Of a stretch of DNA of 64,000 bases, positions 20,255 through 30,497 are shown in pieces; positions within the stretch are counted from its first letter, which is position 1; each line of letters opens with the position of its first letter. A program made the position numbers and the translations under genes. Under the pieces are notes generated by a model, which saw only the letters and a program-made list of their open reading frames with translations, had not been told where the DNA came from and made no database searches. Source of the DNA: Nitrospirota bacterium (GTDB taxonomy: Bacteria > Nitrospirota > UBA9217); the NCBI GenBank assembly GCA_963790205.1, contig CAWBNQ010000005.1, positions 192,001-256,000 on the forward strand. The letters are read 5' to 3'.

Positions 20255-20975
20255 CACGGGGGTCCCTTCCTGCTTTTTTATTTGCCGGCTGCTTCGCAAT
20301 GATCCCGTCTGTGAAGATGCGAAGCGTCTGTCGGATCCAATCATTGCGGTACTTTTCGTCCGAAAGCGAATGACCGGAAAACTCCTTTACCAGCTTGTCG
20401 TTTCTCGTCTGATGGATAATAGTGCTCATCAGGAATCCCGCCGCGGAAGAGGGTTTGACGTCAACAGCCACGATCCCCTTTTTCGCGGACAGAGCAAAAA
20501 ACTCCCTTAGTTTCTCCGCGTGCTTTAAAAGAGTGTTCAGATACATTTTTTTGTTTTTTGAGTCCGACAGCTCGACATCCCGTTGGATCAGGCGGATAAT
20601 ATCCCTCTGCCTGATCATCGTTTCGAGCGTCTGCCGGAGAAAGATCTCCAGGCGCACCTTGAAGTCGTCGATATTCCGGGGGGGCTGGAGCGTTTTTCTC
20701 GCAAAATCCAGCCGTTCCGTGGCAAACTGTTCGATGATATGATGGTAAAGGTTCTCTTTCGAGCCGAAATGATAATGGATGGCGGCGATGTTCACGCCGG
20801 CCGCTTCGCAAATATCCTTGGTCGACGTGCCGTCATACCCCTGAGCGGCGAAAAGACGGGTGGCGGTGGAAAGGATGCGGCTTGCGGTATCCCCGCGGGA
20901 AGACCTTTCCCGTATGCCGCCTGTCGTCGTTTTCCCGCTCCGTTTATGAGCAGCCCTAGCGTTGCCGGTTTTCAT
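20244..20975 (-). CDS. TetR/CecR-family transcriptional regulator
   Basis: LFA.QGY.GTS...IC..AGVN...IHYHFGSKE.LY HTH. Confidence 0.92.
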   Translation of the reverse strand: MKTGNARAAHKRSGKTTTGGIRERSSRGDTASRILSTATRLFAAQGYDGTSTKDICEAAGVNIAAIHYHFGSKENLYHHIIEQFATERLDFARKTLQPPRNIDDFKVRLEIFLRQTLETMIRQRDIIRLIQRDVELSDSKNKKMYLNTLLKHAEKLREFFALSAKKGIVAVDVKPSSAAGFLMSTIIHQTRNDKLVKEFSGHSLSDEKYRNDWIRQTLRIFTDGIIAKQPANKKAGRDPRDDR

Positions 20976-21091
20976 AGTCTCAGCATAACACAGGTATATG
21001 ATAAATTCAAGTCTTTGATTGACTTTTTCAATTAGTCATTCTATACTTGATGCATCGTATAAACCGCATGCGTCCGGACCGGGGTACAACC

Positions 21092-22600
21092 ATGAATAAA
21101 ATCCATTTGTTCAAAAAGCTGACCGCGGCTGTGAGTGTCAGCCTGCTGTGTTACGGATGCCTTGCAGGCCCCAATTATCACACGCCTGAAACCCCGGGTA
21201 CGACTACTTACACGTCGACCCCCTTCCCAGCCGAGACCGCATCAGTACCGGGACCCGGCGGCGCGGCACAGCGCCTCGCGCTCGGCCGGGAGATCCCCGC
21301 AGCGTGGTGGACGCTGTTTCACTCCGTTCCCTTGGACCGGCTGATCAGGCAGTCTCTCATGGACAACCCGACGCTCGCCGCGGCGCAGGCAACGCTCCGC
21401 CAGTCGCACGAGGCGTTCAATGCCCTCGTCGGCTCGGTCCTCTATCCCAAAGTCGACGCGAGCGCCTCGGTTTCCCGGGAGAAAATATCAGGCGCAGCCA
21501 TGGGTCAGCCGCAGCTCGTGATAAGCCCCTTCACGCTCTATAATGCCTCCGTGAGCGTATCCTATGCGCTCGATCTTTTCGGCGGCGCGCGGCGCGAGCT
21601 GGAAGCGCTGCGATCCCAGGTCGATTTTCAGCGCTTTCAGCTTGAAGCGGCCTATCTCACGATAACGGCCAACATCGTCACCACGGCGGTACGGGAGGCG
21701 TCCCTTCGCGCGCAGATACGGGCCACACAGGAGGTCGTGGCGGCGCAGGAGAAGCAGCTCGAGCTGGTAAAATTGCAGTTCCGGCTGGGCGGCGCGGTCC
21801 GCACCGACGTGCTCGCGCAACGGGCGCAGCTGGCGCAGACGCGAGCGACCCTGCCGTCCCTGAACAAGGAGCTCGCGCAGGCCCGCCATCTCCTGGCGGC
21901 TCTTGCCGGCCGGCTGCCCGGCGAAGCCGCGGGGCTGCCCGAGTTCGACCTCGACGGACTGGCGCTGCCGGAAGAGCTGCCGGTGAGCCTTCCGTCATCG
22001 CTGGTGCGCCAGCGCCCCGACATCCGCGCATCGGAAGCGCTGCTGCACGCGGCAAGCGCGCAAATAGGCGTGGCGACCGCGAACCAATACCCGCAGCTCA
22101 ACCTTACCGGCAGTTTCGGGTCACTGACGACCACAGGAGGCACCCTGCTCTCCAACGGAACGGGCGTGTGGAGTATTGGCGCGGGCCTGCTCCAGCCCGT
22201 TTTTCACGGAGGGGAGCTCTCGGCCAAGCGCCGTGCCGCCGTCGCGGCGTACGACCAGTCGGCGGCCCAGTACCGCGCCGTTGTTCTGCAGGCGTTCCAG
22301 AACGTGGCCGACGTGCTGCGCGCGCTTGAAGCGGATGCTGATACTCTCAAGGAGCAGGCAATCGCCGAAGACGCCGCGCGCGACACGCTCGACCTTACCC
22401 AGAAGCAGTTTCAATTGGGCGCCGTAAGTTACCTCTCGCTGCTCAATGCCGAACGGCAGTACCAACAGGCGCGGATCGGCCTCGTTCAGGCGCAGGCCGC
22501 GCGCTTCGCAGACACGGCTGCGCTGTTCCAGGCGTTCGGAGGCGGCTGGTGGAACCGCGCTGCGAATGCCGATGGCGCGGCGACGACAAGGAAGGATTGA
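21092..22600 (+). CDS. NodT/TolC-family efflux outer-membrane lipoprotein
   Basis: Lipobox GC; PSSLVRQRPDIR; LF.A.GGGWW. Confidence 0.92.
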   Translation: MNKIHLFKKLTAAVSVSLLCYGCLAGPNYHTPETPGTTTYTSTPFPAETASVPGPGGAAQRLALGREIPAAWWTLFHSVPLDRLIRQSLMDNPTLAAAQATLRQSHEAFNALVGSVLYPKVDASASVSREKISGAAMGQPQLVISPFTLYNASVSVSYALDLFGGARRELEALRSQVDFQRFQLEAAYLTITANIVTTAVREASLRAQIRATQEVVAAQEKQLELVKLQFRLGGAVRTDVLAQRAQLAQTRATLPSLNKELAQARHLLAALAGRLPGEAAGLPEFDLDGLALPEELPVSLPSSLVRQRPDIRASEALLHAASAQIGVATANQYPQLNLTGSFGSLTTTGGTLLSNGTGVWSIGAGLLQPVFHGGELSAKRRAAVAAYDQSAAQYRAVVLQAFQNVADVLRALEADADTLKEQAIAEDAARDTLDLTQKQFQLGAVSYLSLLNAERQYQQARIGLVQAQAARFADTAALFQAFGGGWWNRAANADGAATTRKD

Positions 22601-22817
22601 GCATATGAATTGTAATCACGTTAAGAACGCTGTTGTTAGGCTCCTCTCCCCTGCCGGTTGTCCGAGCATGATGAATTCGTAATCTAAAAATACTCCTCTT
22701 CTTCTGCGTGAAATTACATTGCACCGAAAAAATTAAACCTCTATAATAAAATCACCAGCACAAAAAACCGCACTTGACCTTTGCTCATGCCTTAAGCCTC
22801 AAGGAAGGAGACTGCAA

Positions 22818-23423
22818 ATGGCACATCAGGGAAGTTCGCATTGGAGAACCCGGCCCCAATCAGTCACTGCTGCTGAAGGCAACGGACTTTTCTTATGTGG
22901 AAGCATTTATTTCGTCTCACTCGTTATCTATCTTATCGCCTCTTCCCTGCTGTCCTGTCAACAAGCCGATGCCCAATCAAAACAGAATGAAGCGCGGGTC
23001 ATAAAGGTGTACGACGGCGATACGGTCCTGCTCCTGATGGACAACAAAACCTATCTCACGCGCCTCATCGGCTTCGACGCGCCTGAAATGGGCCAGGAGC
23101 CCTGGGGCGAAAAAGCGCGGGAACATTTGCGGACCATGTTAAAGGGTTCCGGATGGAACGTGTCAGTGGAAACGGGCCTTGAACAATACGACAAGTACGA
23201 CCGGCTCCTCGTCTATCTATGGACGATGGACAAGACCTTCATCAACGAGAAGATGCTCGCTGACGGATATGCTGTCCTGTTCACGTTCCCGCCGAACACC
23301 AAGTACGTTGATCTGTTCAGAAAGGCCCAGCGCAATGCACGAGAGAAAAAGAGCGGGATATGGGGACCGGATGGATTGAAGGAAAGGCCGGTGGAGTACA
23401 AAAAGAAACATCCGCGGGAGTAA
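22818..23423 (+). CDS. Thermonuclease (SNase)-family protein
   Basis: VYDGDT, RLIG.DAPE, DKYDRLL, A...K.GIWG; start uncertain. Confidence 0.88.
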   Translation: MAHQGSSHWRTRPQSVTAAEGNGLFLCGSIYFVSLVIYLIASSLLSCQQADAQSKQNEARVIKVYDGDTVLLLMDNKTYLTRLIGFDAPEMGQEPWGEKAREHLRTMLKGSGWNVSVETGLEQYDKYDRLLVYLWTMDKTFINEKMLADGYAVLFTFPPNTKYVDLFRKAQRNAREKKSGIWGPDGLKERPVEYKKKHPRE

Positions 23424-23455
23424 AGAATCCGTCTTTCCGGAACGCTCCGGCCCTT

Positions 23456-23725
23456 ACATCCCTCCCCGAGAACAGTCTTGTCTTTCGCAACGATATCCTG
23501 TTGCCTAAAACGCCTTTTTCATATATAGTCGTCGAAGAAAGGGGCTTGCGGAGCAGTCCGGAATCGCCGCTTTTACTCCAGCATCTCCTGCGACCGCTAA
23601 CACGCCCCCTGCCTTCCGAAGCGAATATCATTTGAAATCCCACAGACTGTAGACTGTGGCACACAACGGCTTAGTCCAGCCAGCTTCTTTCTGTGTAATA
23701 CGCTCAGCAAGAAACCTAAGCAGTA
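23456..23725 (+). mobile_element. Orphan copy of the IS91-type element's downstream end (oriIS-like) with an outward promoter
   Basis: Homologous to the reverse complement of 59680-59950, including an exact 38-nt block (23537-23574 = rc 59832-59869) and TTGCCT-N17-TATAGT at 23501-23529. Confidence 0.8.
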
Positions 23726-23858
23726 TATCCAGTTCGGGAAATCAAGAACACCGAATTGGAAAAGTTTGTCATATCATAAACCGGGTTCCTTATAGTCAAT
23801 AACTTGTTAGGCGTTGACAATACCCACATCAGGGTAAATTCAGGGGAGGGAATAGATA

Positions 23859-24179
23859 ATGTTGAAAATAATTTTCGGATTACTTTTTCAAGCGGCAGGT
23901 TACGGTTTTATTTATGCCATGCTCCATGCAAGCGGGAACGAAGGATTTATTTTTTTCGGGCTCGGTGCTGCGGGCTCTGTCGGCGGCCTTATTCTCTTTC
24001 TCTCAGGGCTGCGCGAATATTTCCTTGATGGCATTCACAATGAGCTAAAAATAATTTCCGGCACCGGCAGAACGGTTTTCAAGGCCTATAAAAAATGTAC
24101 TTCCTGTGCCGAGATGGTCCGGGCCGATGCGAAGGTTTGCCGATTCTGCGGCCGCGAAGATTTCATAACGCAACCTTAA
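23859..24179 (+). CDS. Small membrane protein with a C-terminal zinc ribbon
   Basis: Two TM segments; CTSC...CRFCG; GTTAGGC core-like site at 23806. Confidence 0.75.
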   Translation: MLKIIFGLLFQAAGYGFIYAMLHASGNEGFIFFGLGAAGSVGGLILFLSGLREYFLDGIHNELKIISGTGRTVFKAYKKCTSCAEMVRADAKVCRFCGREDFITQP

Positions 24180-24263
24180 TTAAAACTACATCCGGCAGAA
24201 TCGCAGTGCGAGACAAACAAAATCTAGGTGACGTTGATACCCAGCGTGCTTTCCGAGGGCGGA

Positions 24264-24323
24264 TTCGAACCAGCGGATCGCGTGGGTCGCCGAGAAACGC
24301 GTCTTACATCCGCGCCGTTAACG
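24264..24323 (+). other. attC-like recombination hairpin
   Basis: TTCGAAC-CA-GCGGAT-CGCGT...ACGCG..ATCCGC-GCC-GTTAACG, 60 nt, ending 19 nt before the next gene. Confidence 0.45.
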
Positions 24324-24341
24324 TACAAAACGAAAGGGAAA

Positions 24342-25757
24342 ATGATGACACCACATTTAATTCAAATACTCACATTGATGATTGCCGCAGTGTCTATAGG
24401 TGCCTTTGTTTTGTTGAGACTTCTGAACAAAGAGCAGAAAAAATATAAAGAATTATTCGATAAGTATAAAGGTGTCGTTGATCTTGATTCCGAAAAAGAA
24501 AAAATTAAACTTGAAATAGAAAAACTAACAAGCGAAAGAACGGATTTTTTAAAAGGGTTTAATGATAAAAAGTCAAAATTGGAAAGCGATTACAATCAAG
24601 CCAACGAAATATATCAAAAACTAAAGACAGAAAAGAGCCGACTGGAAGAAGACATTGAAGTAATGGAATTCGGTGTATATAAGCCACATTTTGAATTTAA
24701 CTCATCCGAGGACTATAGGAAAAAAGTTTTGGACATTGTGGAAAAACAAAAGGATTTGATAAAACAAGATAAAGGAACACATTGCCCAACAGAATGGACC
24801 GTTGGAGGGAGCAAAAGTGAAGGTAAAAAGATGGTTCGGAACGAGTCAAAGCTAATGCTTCGAGCATTTAACGGAGAGTGCGATTCAGCCATTCTGAAAG
24901 TTCGATGGGATAATGTTTTAAAGATGGAAGATAGAATTCGGCATGCCTTCGATACGATAAACAAGACGGGTGAAACAGTAAATACGTCCATTACCCAGGA
25001 ATACTGTGCTTTGAAGATCGAGGAACTCAGGCTGTCTCACGAACTCCAGATAAAAATTAGAGAAGAAAAGGAAGAGCAAAAGAGAATACGTGAAGATATG
25101 CGAGAAGAAGAAAAGGCCAGAATCGAAATCGAAAAGGCAAAAGATGAGGCGGAAAAAGAAGAAACCCGGTATCAAAAGGCGCTTGAAAAAGCGCGAGAAG
25201 AAATTTCTAAATCAAGTGGCGCAGAAAGTGAAAAGCTAATTGGAAAAATTACAGAGTTGGAAAGAAAACTTGAATTAGCCCGACAAGAAAAGGAGAGAGC
25301 GATATCAAGAGCTCAACAAACGAAATCAGGCCATGTTTATATTATTTCAAACATAGGATCATTTGGTGAGAATGTATTCAAAATTGGAATGACAAGAAGA
25401 TTAGAGCCTATGGATCGCGTGGAAGAACTAGGAAATGCTTCGGTACCATTTGAATTTGATGTGCACGCAATGGTTTATTCAGAAAATGCTCCTGATTTAG
25501 AACATGAATTTCATAAATATTTTGATAGTAATAGAATTAATTTGGTAAATAATAGGAAAGAATTTTTCTCTCTGGGCATTGAAGAAATAGAAAAGTGGGC
25601 TTTAGAAAACAAACTGGAAATTAGCCTGACGAAGTTAGCGGAAGCAAGAGAATATAGGGAAACAATCAACAAAAGAATAGTCGATAAAGGAACTGCAAAA
25701 AAAATTGAAAGTACAAATGAATTTCCAAAAGATTTAACAAAAATATTTACAAATTAA
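24342..25757 (+). CDS. Membrane-anchored DUF4041 + T5orf172/GIY-YIG nuclease (PD-Lambda-1/SNIPE-like anti-phage protein)
   Basis: N-terminal TM, coiled coil, KLMLRAFNGECD, GHVYIISNIGSFGE.VFKIGMTRR.EP..RV.ELG.ASVPF.FDVHA, RKEFF; AT-rich. Confidence 0.85.
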   Translation: MMTPHLIQILTLMIAAVSIGAFVLLRLLNKEQKKYKELFDKYKGVVDLDSEKEKIKLEIEKLTSERTDFLKGFNDKKSKLESDYNQANEIYQKLKTEKSRLEEDIEVMEFGVYKPHFEFNSSEDYRKKVLDIVEKQKDLIKQDKGTHCPTEWTVGGSKSEGKKMVRNESKLMLRAFNGECDSAILKVRWDNVLKMEDRIRHAFDTINKTGETVNTSITQEYCALKIEELRLSHELQIKIREEKEEQKRIREDMREEEKARIEIEKAKDEAEKEETRYQKALEKAREEISKSSGAESEKLIGKITELERKLELARQEKERAISRAQQTKSGHVYIISNIGSFGENVFKIGMTRRLEPMDRVEELGNASVPFEFDVHAMVYSENAPDLEHEFHKYFDSNRINLVNNRKEFFSLGIEEIEKWALENKLEISLTKLAEAREYRETINKRIVDKGTAKKIESTNEFPKDLTKIFTN

Positions 25758-26180
25758 GGGAACAAGGGAACCATTAGGGCCGTTACGTCGCCGAGCATGT
25801 TGAAACGGGGCAATGCGTCCCGGTCGATCTTGAGCAGGCCGTCCCGGTCGGCGATCAATGTGATCTTGCCCTCTTTCGGCTCGCCCTGTATAGCCACCTC
25901 TTCTCCCATGAGGGCCTTTGCAAGGGCATAGGCGGCATCATCCTCGTGCATCTCGTCAAGGGCAACATCCAGCACGAACAGGTGCTCCTTGCCAATCTGT
26001 TTCAAACGGGGGATGTCGTCGAGCCGGACCACATGCCCCTTCTTGAAGGCCCGGTCCTTGAACTCGTCCCTCCCGTATCTCGGTCACGTCGTGCGCATGG
26101 ACCATGCCGACCGACTCCTCGACCGGAATGGTCCCGGTCTCCGAGCTTGCCGTATGGTGATGCTCATGCTCATTGCACAT
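25754..26180 (-). pseudogene. 5' fragment of a molybdopterin-binding (MoeA-like) protein, frameshifted near 26070 and truncated near 25785
   Basis: GMV.AHDVTEIR / FK..AFKKGHVV..DIPRL..IGKEHLFV..HEDDAA..P.EGKI.L.A..DGLLKID, then abrupt loss of homology. Confidence 0.75.
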
Positions 26181-26802
26181 GTCTCTCTCCTGCAGGTACG
26201 CTATCCGCAAGCGTTGCGAACCTGGCGGCGATGGCGTGATAATCTTCCTGGGTATCCATGTCAAGAACAACGCCTTCATCAGGGACGTCGACCACCAGCA
26301 CCCGGTCGCCGTCCTCGCGGACCAGGTCGCGCAAGGTGGGCTGAAAGAATATGTCGCTGATGACCGGGAACGGAAAGAGACTGGGGTGCCCGCGTCTTCC
26401 TTCGAATGCCGGGATGATGATTTTTCCCGGTGACCGCTGATGCGCGTTGATGATCGCCTGGTACGTAGTGCGGCTCACGAGCGGGTGGTCAACCAGACAC
26501 ACGAGGACTCCCGAACAGGTTTCATCCACAGCGCGCAGGCCGGTCCGCACCGAATCCGCCATCTGGCTGTCCGGGACATTGTTCACGGCGATTCTGACCT
26601 TTGCTCCATGCAGCGCCTCGCTGCATGCCGCCTGCCCCGTCCCCGTGGTGACAACAACGAGGTCCTGCAATCCGGCCGCGGCGATGGTATCGACGCAGTG
26701 GCGCAGGACCGGCTTATTCCTGAGCAACAGAAGCTGCTTTGAAGTCCCCATTCTCCTGGACGAGCCTGCTGCAAGAAGCAGCGCTGCCACGCGAAACGCC
26801 AT
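26170..26802 (-). CDS. mocA: Molybdenum cofactor cytidylyltransferase (MocA-like)
   Basis: LAAG.SRRMG..KQLL, DHP, GHP.LF, DMDT..DY. Confidence 0.85.
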   Translation of the reverse strand: MAFRVAALLLAAGSSRRMGTSKQLLLLRNKPVLRHCVDTIAAAGLQDLVVVTTGTGQAACSEALHGAKVRIAVNNVPDSQMADSVRTGLRAVDETCSGVLVCLVDHPLVSRTTYQAIINAHQRSPGKIIIPAFEGRRGHPSLFPFPVISDIFFQPTLRDLVREDGDRVLVVDVPDEGVVLDMDTQEDYHAIAARFATLADSVPAGERHVQ

Positions 26803-27559
26803 TCGCCCTCCTTTTTTGAATGATCTGCGCCATGATGCTCACGCTGATCTCCTCGGGCGTGATCGACCCGATCTCCACGCCCACGGGGATGATGACCCTG
26901 TTGACATCATCCTTGGAGAAGCCGCCTTCCTCCAAGGCCTTGTACAGCAAGGCCTTTTTGCGCCTGCTCCCGAGGAGGCCGATGTACCCGGCGCCGGTCC
27001 GAAGCGCGGCTTTGACGGCATCGAGGTCGTGGTTGTGTCCGCGGGTCGCCACGACCACGGAGGTATTGCCCTCCACGGGAATGCCGTCGAAAGCGCGATC
27101 GAATTGTTTGACCATCAGCTCGTCGGCATCGGGTATGTTCTCCCGGTTGGCGAACTCGTGCCGGTCGTCCACCACGCTCACGCGGAACCCGGTGAACCGC
27201 GCGAGCTTCGCCAGCGTTTTGCCCACATGGCCCGCTCCCAGGATCACGAGATGCGGTTCGAGCAGCAGCGGTTCAATGTACACAAGAACCGTGCCGCCGC
27301 AGACGAGTCCGCCTTCCCGTTCCGTGAGTTCGAACGGCAGCGTCGCCGGTTCGCCGTCCTTCAACGCCATAAGCGCGGCCTGCACCACGTCCGCCTCAAG
27401 GCATCCGCCGCCGAGCGTGCCCATCAGTGACCCGTCGTCCCGCACGAGCATTTTGGCGCCCTGCTTCTGCGGCGAAGACCCGCGGCATTCGACAATGGTC
27501 GCGATGGCCGATATCCGGCCCTGGCGCTTGAGCCTCAGCGCTTCTTCGTAGATCTGCAT
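26714..27559 (-). CDS. xdhC: XdhC/CoxI-family molybdoenzyme maturation factor
   Basis: GSSP...GAKM, GTLGGGCLE, CGG, GAGHVG, YIGLLGSRRK, TPEEI. Confidence 0.9.
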   Translation of the reverse strand: MQIYEEALRLKRQGRISAIATIVECRGSSPQKQGAKMLVRDDGSLMGTLGGGCLEADVVQAALMALKDGEPATLPFELTEREGGLVCGGTVLVYIEPLLLEPHLVILGAGHVGKTLAKLARFTGFRVSVVDDRHEFANRENIPDADELMVKQFDRAFDGIPVEGNTSVVVATRGHNHDLDAVKAALRTGAGYIGLLGSRRKKALLYKALEEGGFSKDDVNRVIIPVGVEIGSITPEEISVSIMAQIIQKRRANGVSRGSAASCSRLVQENGDFKAASVAQE

Positions 27560-27599
27560 GGATCACCTCGCTGAAAAAATCAAATTCTATCAAACCGGA

Positions 27600-27728
27600 A
27601 AGAATATTTCACGCGGAGGCGCGGAGATCGCGGAGAAAAAATAATTTCATTTTTAAACTCCGTGTTCTCCGCGAACTCCTTGTGAGACGTCTTTTAATTC
27701 AAGCTTTTGGTTCCGGTTTGTCCGGGTC
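27600..27728. repeat. Palindromic intergenic repeat, inverted relative to 16387-16530
   Basis: CGCGGAG...CTCCGCG arms; rc end ACCCGGACAAACCGGAACCAAAAG...TAAAAGACGTCTC. Confidence 0.6.
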
Positions 27729-27807
27729 AGGAACGTTGTTCTGTTTGTAAAACAGGAACCAGCCCTTCCTCTGCGTTCTCTGCGGTTAAAATTTTTTACC
27801 TCGTATC

Positions 27808-29973
27808 TTAAGCCTTCTTCATCGCCGCAAGCACGGTCTCCGGTTTCATCGGCAGCTCGCGCACCCTCGCCCCTGTCGCGGCGAATACCGCGTTCGCGAC
27901 CGCGGGCGCGAGCGGCGGCACGCCGGGCTCGCCGATCCCGCCCAGCGCCTCTCCGCTTTTGACGATATGCACGTCCACTTCGGGCGCTTCGCTCATTCGG
28001 AGAAGTTCGTAGTCCGCGAAGTTCTCCGATTTGACGCCTCCGTTCGCGAGCTCGATCTTCTCTTTAAGAGCAGCGGAGAGTCCCATGGTGATGCCGCCCA
28101 TCATCTGCGCGGAAACGATCGCGGGATTGACGACCGACCCGCAGTCAACGGCGCACGTCACTTTATGCACGATGATCGCCCCGCTTGCGCGGTCAACGGA
28201 GACCTCGGCCACCTCGGCAACGTAGCTGCCGAAGGACAGGCTGTAGGCAATTCCGCGAGCCCGGCCTTTCCCGGGCGGCCTGCCCCAACCGGCTTTTTCC
28301 GCGGCCGCCTGGAGCACGCGGGCGGCCCGGGGATGCTTCGTGAGCATGCTCAGCCTGAATTCGAGCGGGTCTTTCTTTGCCGCGTGGGCGAGCTCGTCAA
28401 CGAAGCTCTCGACCGTAAACGCGTTGTGCGAACTGCCGACCGAACGCCAGAACCCGACCGGCACCGGCGTGTCGAAACGCACGTACTCGACATGGACGTT
28501 CGGGACCTCGTACTCCATGTTCTCCACGCCTTCCACCGCGGCGCTGTCGATCCCGTTCTTCATGCTTCCCGGAAACACGCGGGCAAAAATCGAGGGACAG
28601 ACGATCCTGTGCGACCAGGCGGACACCCGGCCGTTTGCGTCCAGCGCAGCCTGGATCCTGGTCGCGTTCATGGGGCGGTAGAAATCATGTTGCATGTCCT
28701 CTTCCCGCTTCCAGATGAGTTTGATCGGTTTGCGCGTGGACTGGGACAGGAGCAGCGCTTCCTCGATAAAATCCCGCTCAAAGCGCCTGCCGAAACCGCC
28801 GCCGAGGTACGTGGTATGGACGTTCACCTGCCCGGGTTTCAGGCCGGTGATCCTGATTGCCGCTGCCAGCGTTCCCGTCTGGTTCTGCGTCGGGGCCCAG
28901 ATATCGCATTGGTCGGCGCGGACATCAACCGTGCAGTTCATGGGTTCCATGGTCGCATGAGCGAGAAACGGCAGCTGATACAAGGCCTCGATCTTCTCTT
29001 TCGATCGTCCGATCTCGGCCGCCGCGTCTCCGTCGTTCCTGGCAATGATCCCGGTTTCATCGAGCTTCGCGATGAACTCTTTTTCCAGGGACGCATTGCT
29101 CATCTCTGGAGAAGTTCCGTTCTGCCAGGCCGGCTTGAGCGCATCGCGTCCTTTCCATGCCGCATCGATGCTGTCCGCGCAGACCGCCATGCCGCTGCCC
29201 ACCGGCACGACCGCCCGGACTCCCGCCACAGCCAGCGCGGCAGCCGCGTCGTGCGAGGCCAGGTTCGCGCCATAGGCCGGCGGACGCGCGATCGCGGCAT
29301 AGAGCATGCCGGGGAGGAACGAATCGATGCCGAAGGCGGCCGTACCGTTCACCTTGTCGTGCATGTCGAGCCGCGGAAGGTCCTTCCCGATATACCGGAA
29401 CCGGCTTTCCTTCTTGAGCGCCGGGTTCTGCGGGACCTCGAGTTTCGCGGCCGCGGCCGCGAGCCTGCCGTAGGTGATCATTCTGCGGCCCTTCACCCGA
29501 CGGACCTTGCCGAGCTCGGCGACGCACTCCCTGGTCGATACGCCCCACTTCCGGGCCGCGGCGGTGATCAGCATTTCACGCGCGGCGGCGCCCGCTTTTC
29601 TCAGGGGCTCGTACATGTGCCGGATGCTGGAGCTGCCGCCGGTGGACTGCATGCCCCAGACGGGATCCTTATACGCGTCGCCCGCGGGAGCGACCTCCAT
29701 GCGGACATTCTTCCAGTCCGCGTCCAGCTCGTCGGCAACGATCATGGGCAGGGACGTATAAATGCCCTGGCCCATTTCGGATTTGTTCACCGTCACCATG
29801 ATGCTGTTGTCGGGCCGCACCTCAAGCCATACGCTCGGCCGGAAGGACGGACCCGCGTTCTCCAGCTCGGCGGCTGAAAGCAGGCGATATCCGGTTGACG
29901 TGGTTGCAACGGCGATGGCAAGGCCGGTTCCGGTCATTTTCAGAAATTGTCTTCTGGTCAGGTCGGTCTTCAT
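27808..29973 (-). CDS. iorB: Xanthine dehydrogenase-family molybdopterin subunit (IorB-like), Tat-exported
   Basis: TRRQFLK Tat motif, [29 protein letters not shown]. Confidence 0.9.
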   Translation of the reverse strand: MKTDLTRRQFLKMTGTGLAIAVATTSTGYRLLSAAELENAGPSFRPSVWLEVRPDNSIMVTVNKSEMGQGIYTSLPMIVADELDADWKNVRMEVAPAGDAYKDPVWGMQSTGGSSSIRHMYEPLRKAGAAAREMLITAAARKWGVSTRECVAELGKVRRVKGRRMITYGRLAAAAAKLEVPQNPALKKESRFRYIGKDLPRLDMHDKVNGTAAFGIDSFLPGMLYAAIARPPAYGANLASHDAAAALAVAGVRAVVPVGSGMAVCADSIDAAWKGRDALKPAWQNGTSPEMSNASLEKEFIAKLDETGIIARNDGDAAAEIGRSKEKIEALYQLPFLAHATMEPMNCTVDVRADQCDIWAPTQNQTGTLAAAIRITGLKPGQVNVHTTYLGGGFGRRFERDFIEEALLLSQSTRKPIKLIWKREEDMQHDFYRPMNATRIQAALDANGRVSAWSHRIVCPSIFARVFPGSMKNGIDSAAVEGVENMEYEVPNVHVEYVRFDTPVPVGFWRSVGSSHNAFTVESFVDELAHAAKKDPLEFRLSMLTKHPRAARVLQAAAEKAGWGRPPGKGRARGIAYSLSFGSYVAEVAEVSVDRASGAIIVHKVTCAVDCGSVVNPAIVSAQMMGGITMGLSAALKEKIELANGGVKSENFADYELLRMSEAPEVDVHIVKSGEALGGIGEPGVPPLAPAVANAVFAATGARVRELPMKPETVLAAMKKA

Positions 29974-30422
29974 TTCTTACCTCCCCGCGAGGCGAGCCGG
30001 ATCGCGCTCTTGATCTTGGGATACGTTCCGCAGCGGCACAGGTTGCCGTTCATGGCTTCGACCACCTTCGCGTCCGAGGGATGGGGCTCTTCGCTCAGCA
30101 GGGCCGATGCCTGCATGATCTGGCCCGGTTGGCAGTAGCCGCACTGCGGCACCTGCTCTTTGACCCAGGCCAGTTTCACGGGATGGCTTTCCGGCAGGCC
30201 TTCGATCGTGACGATCTTCCTGTCCTGCGCGGTTCCCGCCGGGGTCTGGCACGAGCGGATCGCCTTGCCGTCCAGGTGCACGGTGCAGGACCCGCACATG
30301 CCGATGCCGCATCCGAACTTGGTCCCCGTCAGCTTGAGATGCTCGCGGATGACCCAGAGCAACGGCACGTCTCCGGCGACATCCACCTCGTACTTTTTAC
30401 CGTTAATGTCCAACCGTATCAT
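29970..30422 (-). CDS. iorA: [2Fe-2S] small subunit (IorA-like)
   Basis: GTKFGCG.G.CG.CTVH, QCGYCQ, CRCGTY. Confidence 0.92.
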   Translation of the reverse strand: MIRLDINGKKYEVDVAGDVPLLWVIREHLKLTGTKFGCGIGMCGSCTVHLDGKAIRSCQTPAGTAQDRKIVTIEGLPESHPVKLAWVKEQVPQCGYCQPGQIMQASALLSEEPHPSDAKVVEAMNGNLCRCGTYPKIKSAIRLASRGGKK

Positions 30423-30497
30423 AAAACACCTCCGTTCAGGTCATTTTCTCATAAGGCACGCAAAGGGTATGAACCCGCACCATGCCCGTTCGAGGCT

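Noticed and set aside
23360..23635. Small ORFs similar to 59777..60067
   Set aside because: The similarity reflects the shared non-coding IS end; starts and ends are not conserved
26714..26802. 89-nt xdhC/mocA overlap as a special feature
   Set aside because: Most simply stop-codon loss or drift; the tail has no motif
27967..29877. 636-aa plus-strand ORF
   Set aside because: Antisense shadow of GC-rich iorB with no recognisable motifs; likewise 33018..34199, 5360..6160 and 49279..50136
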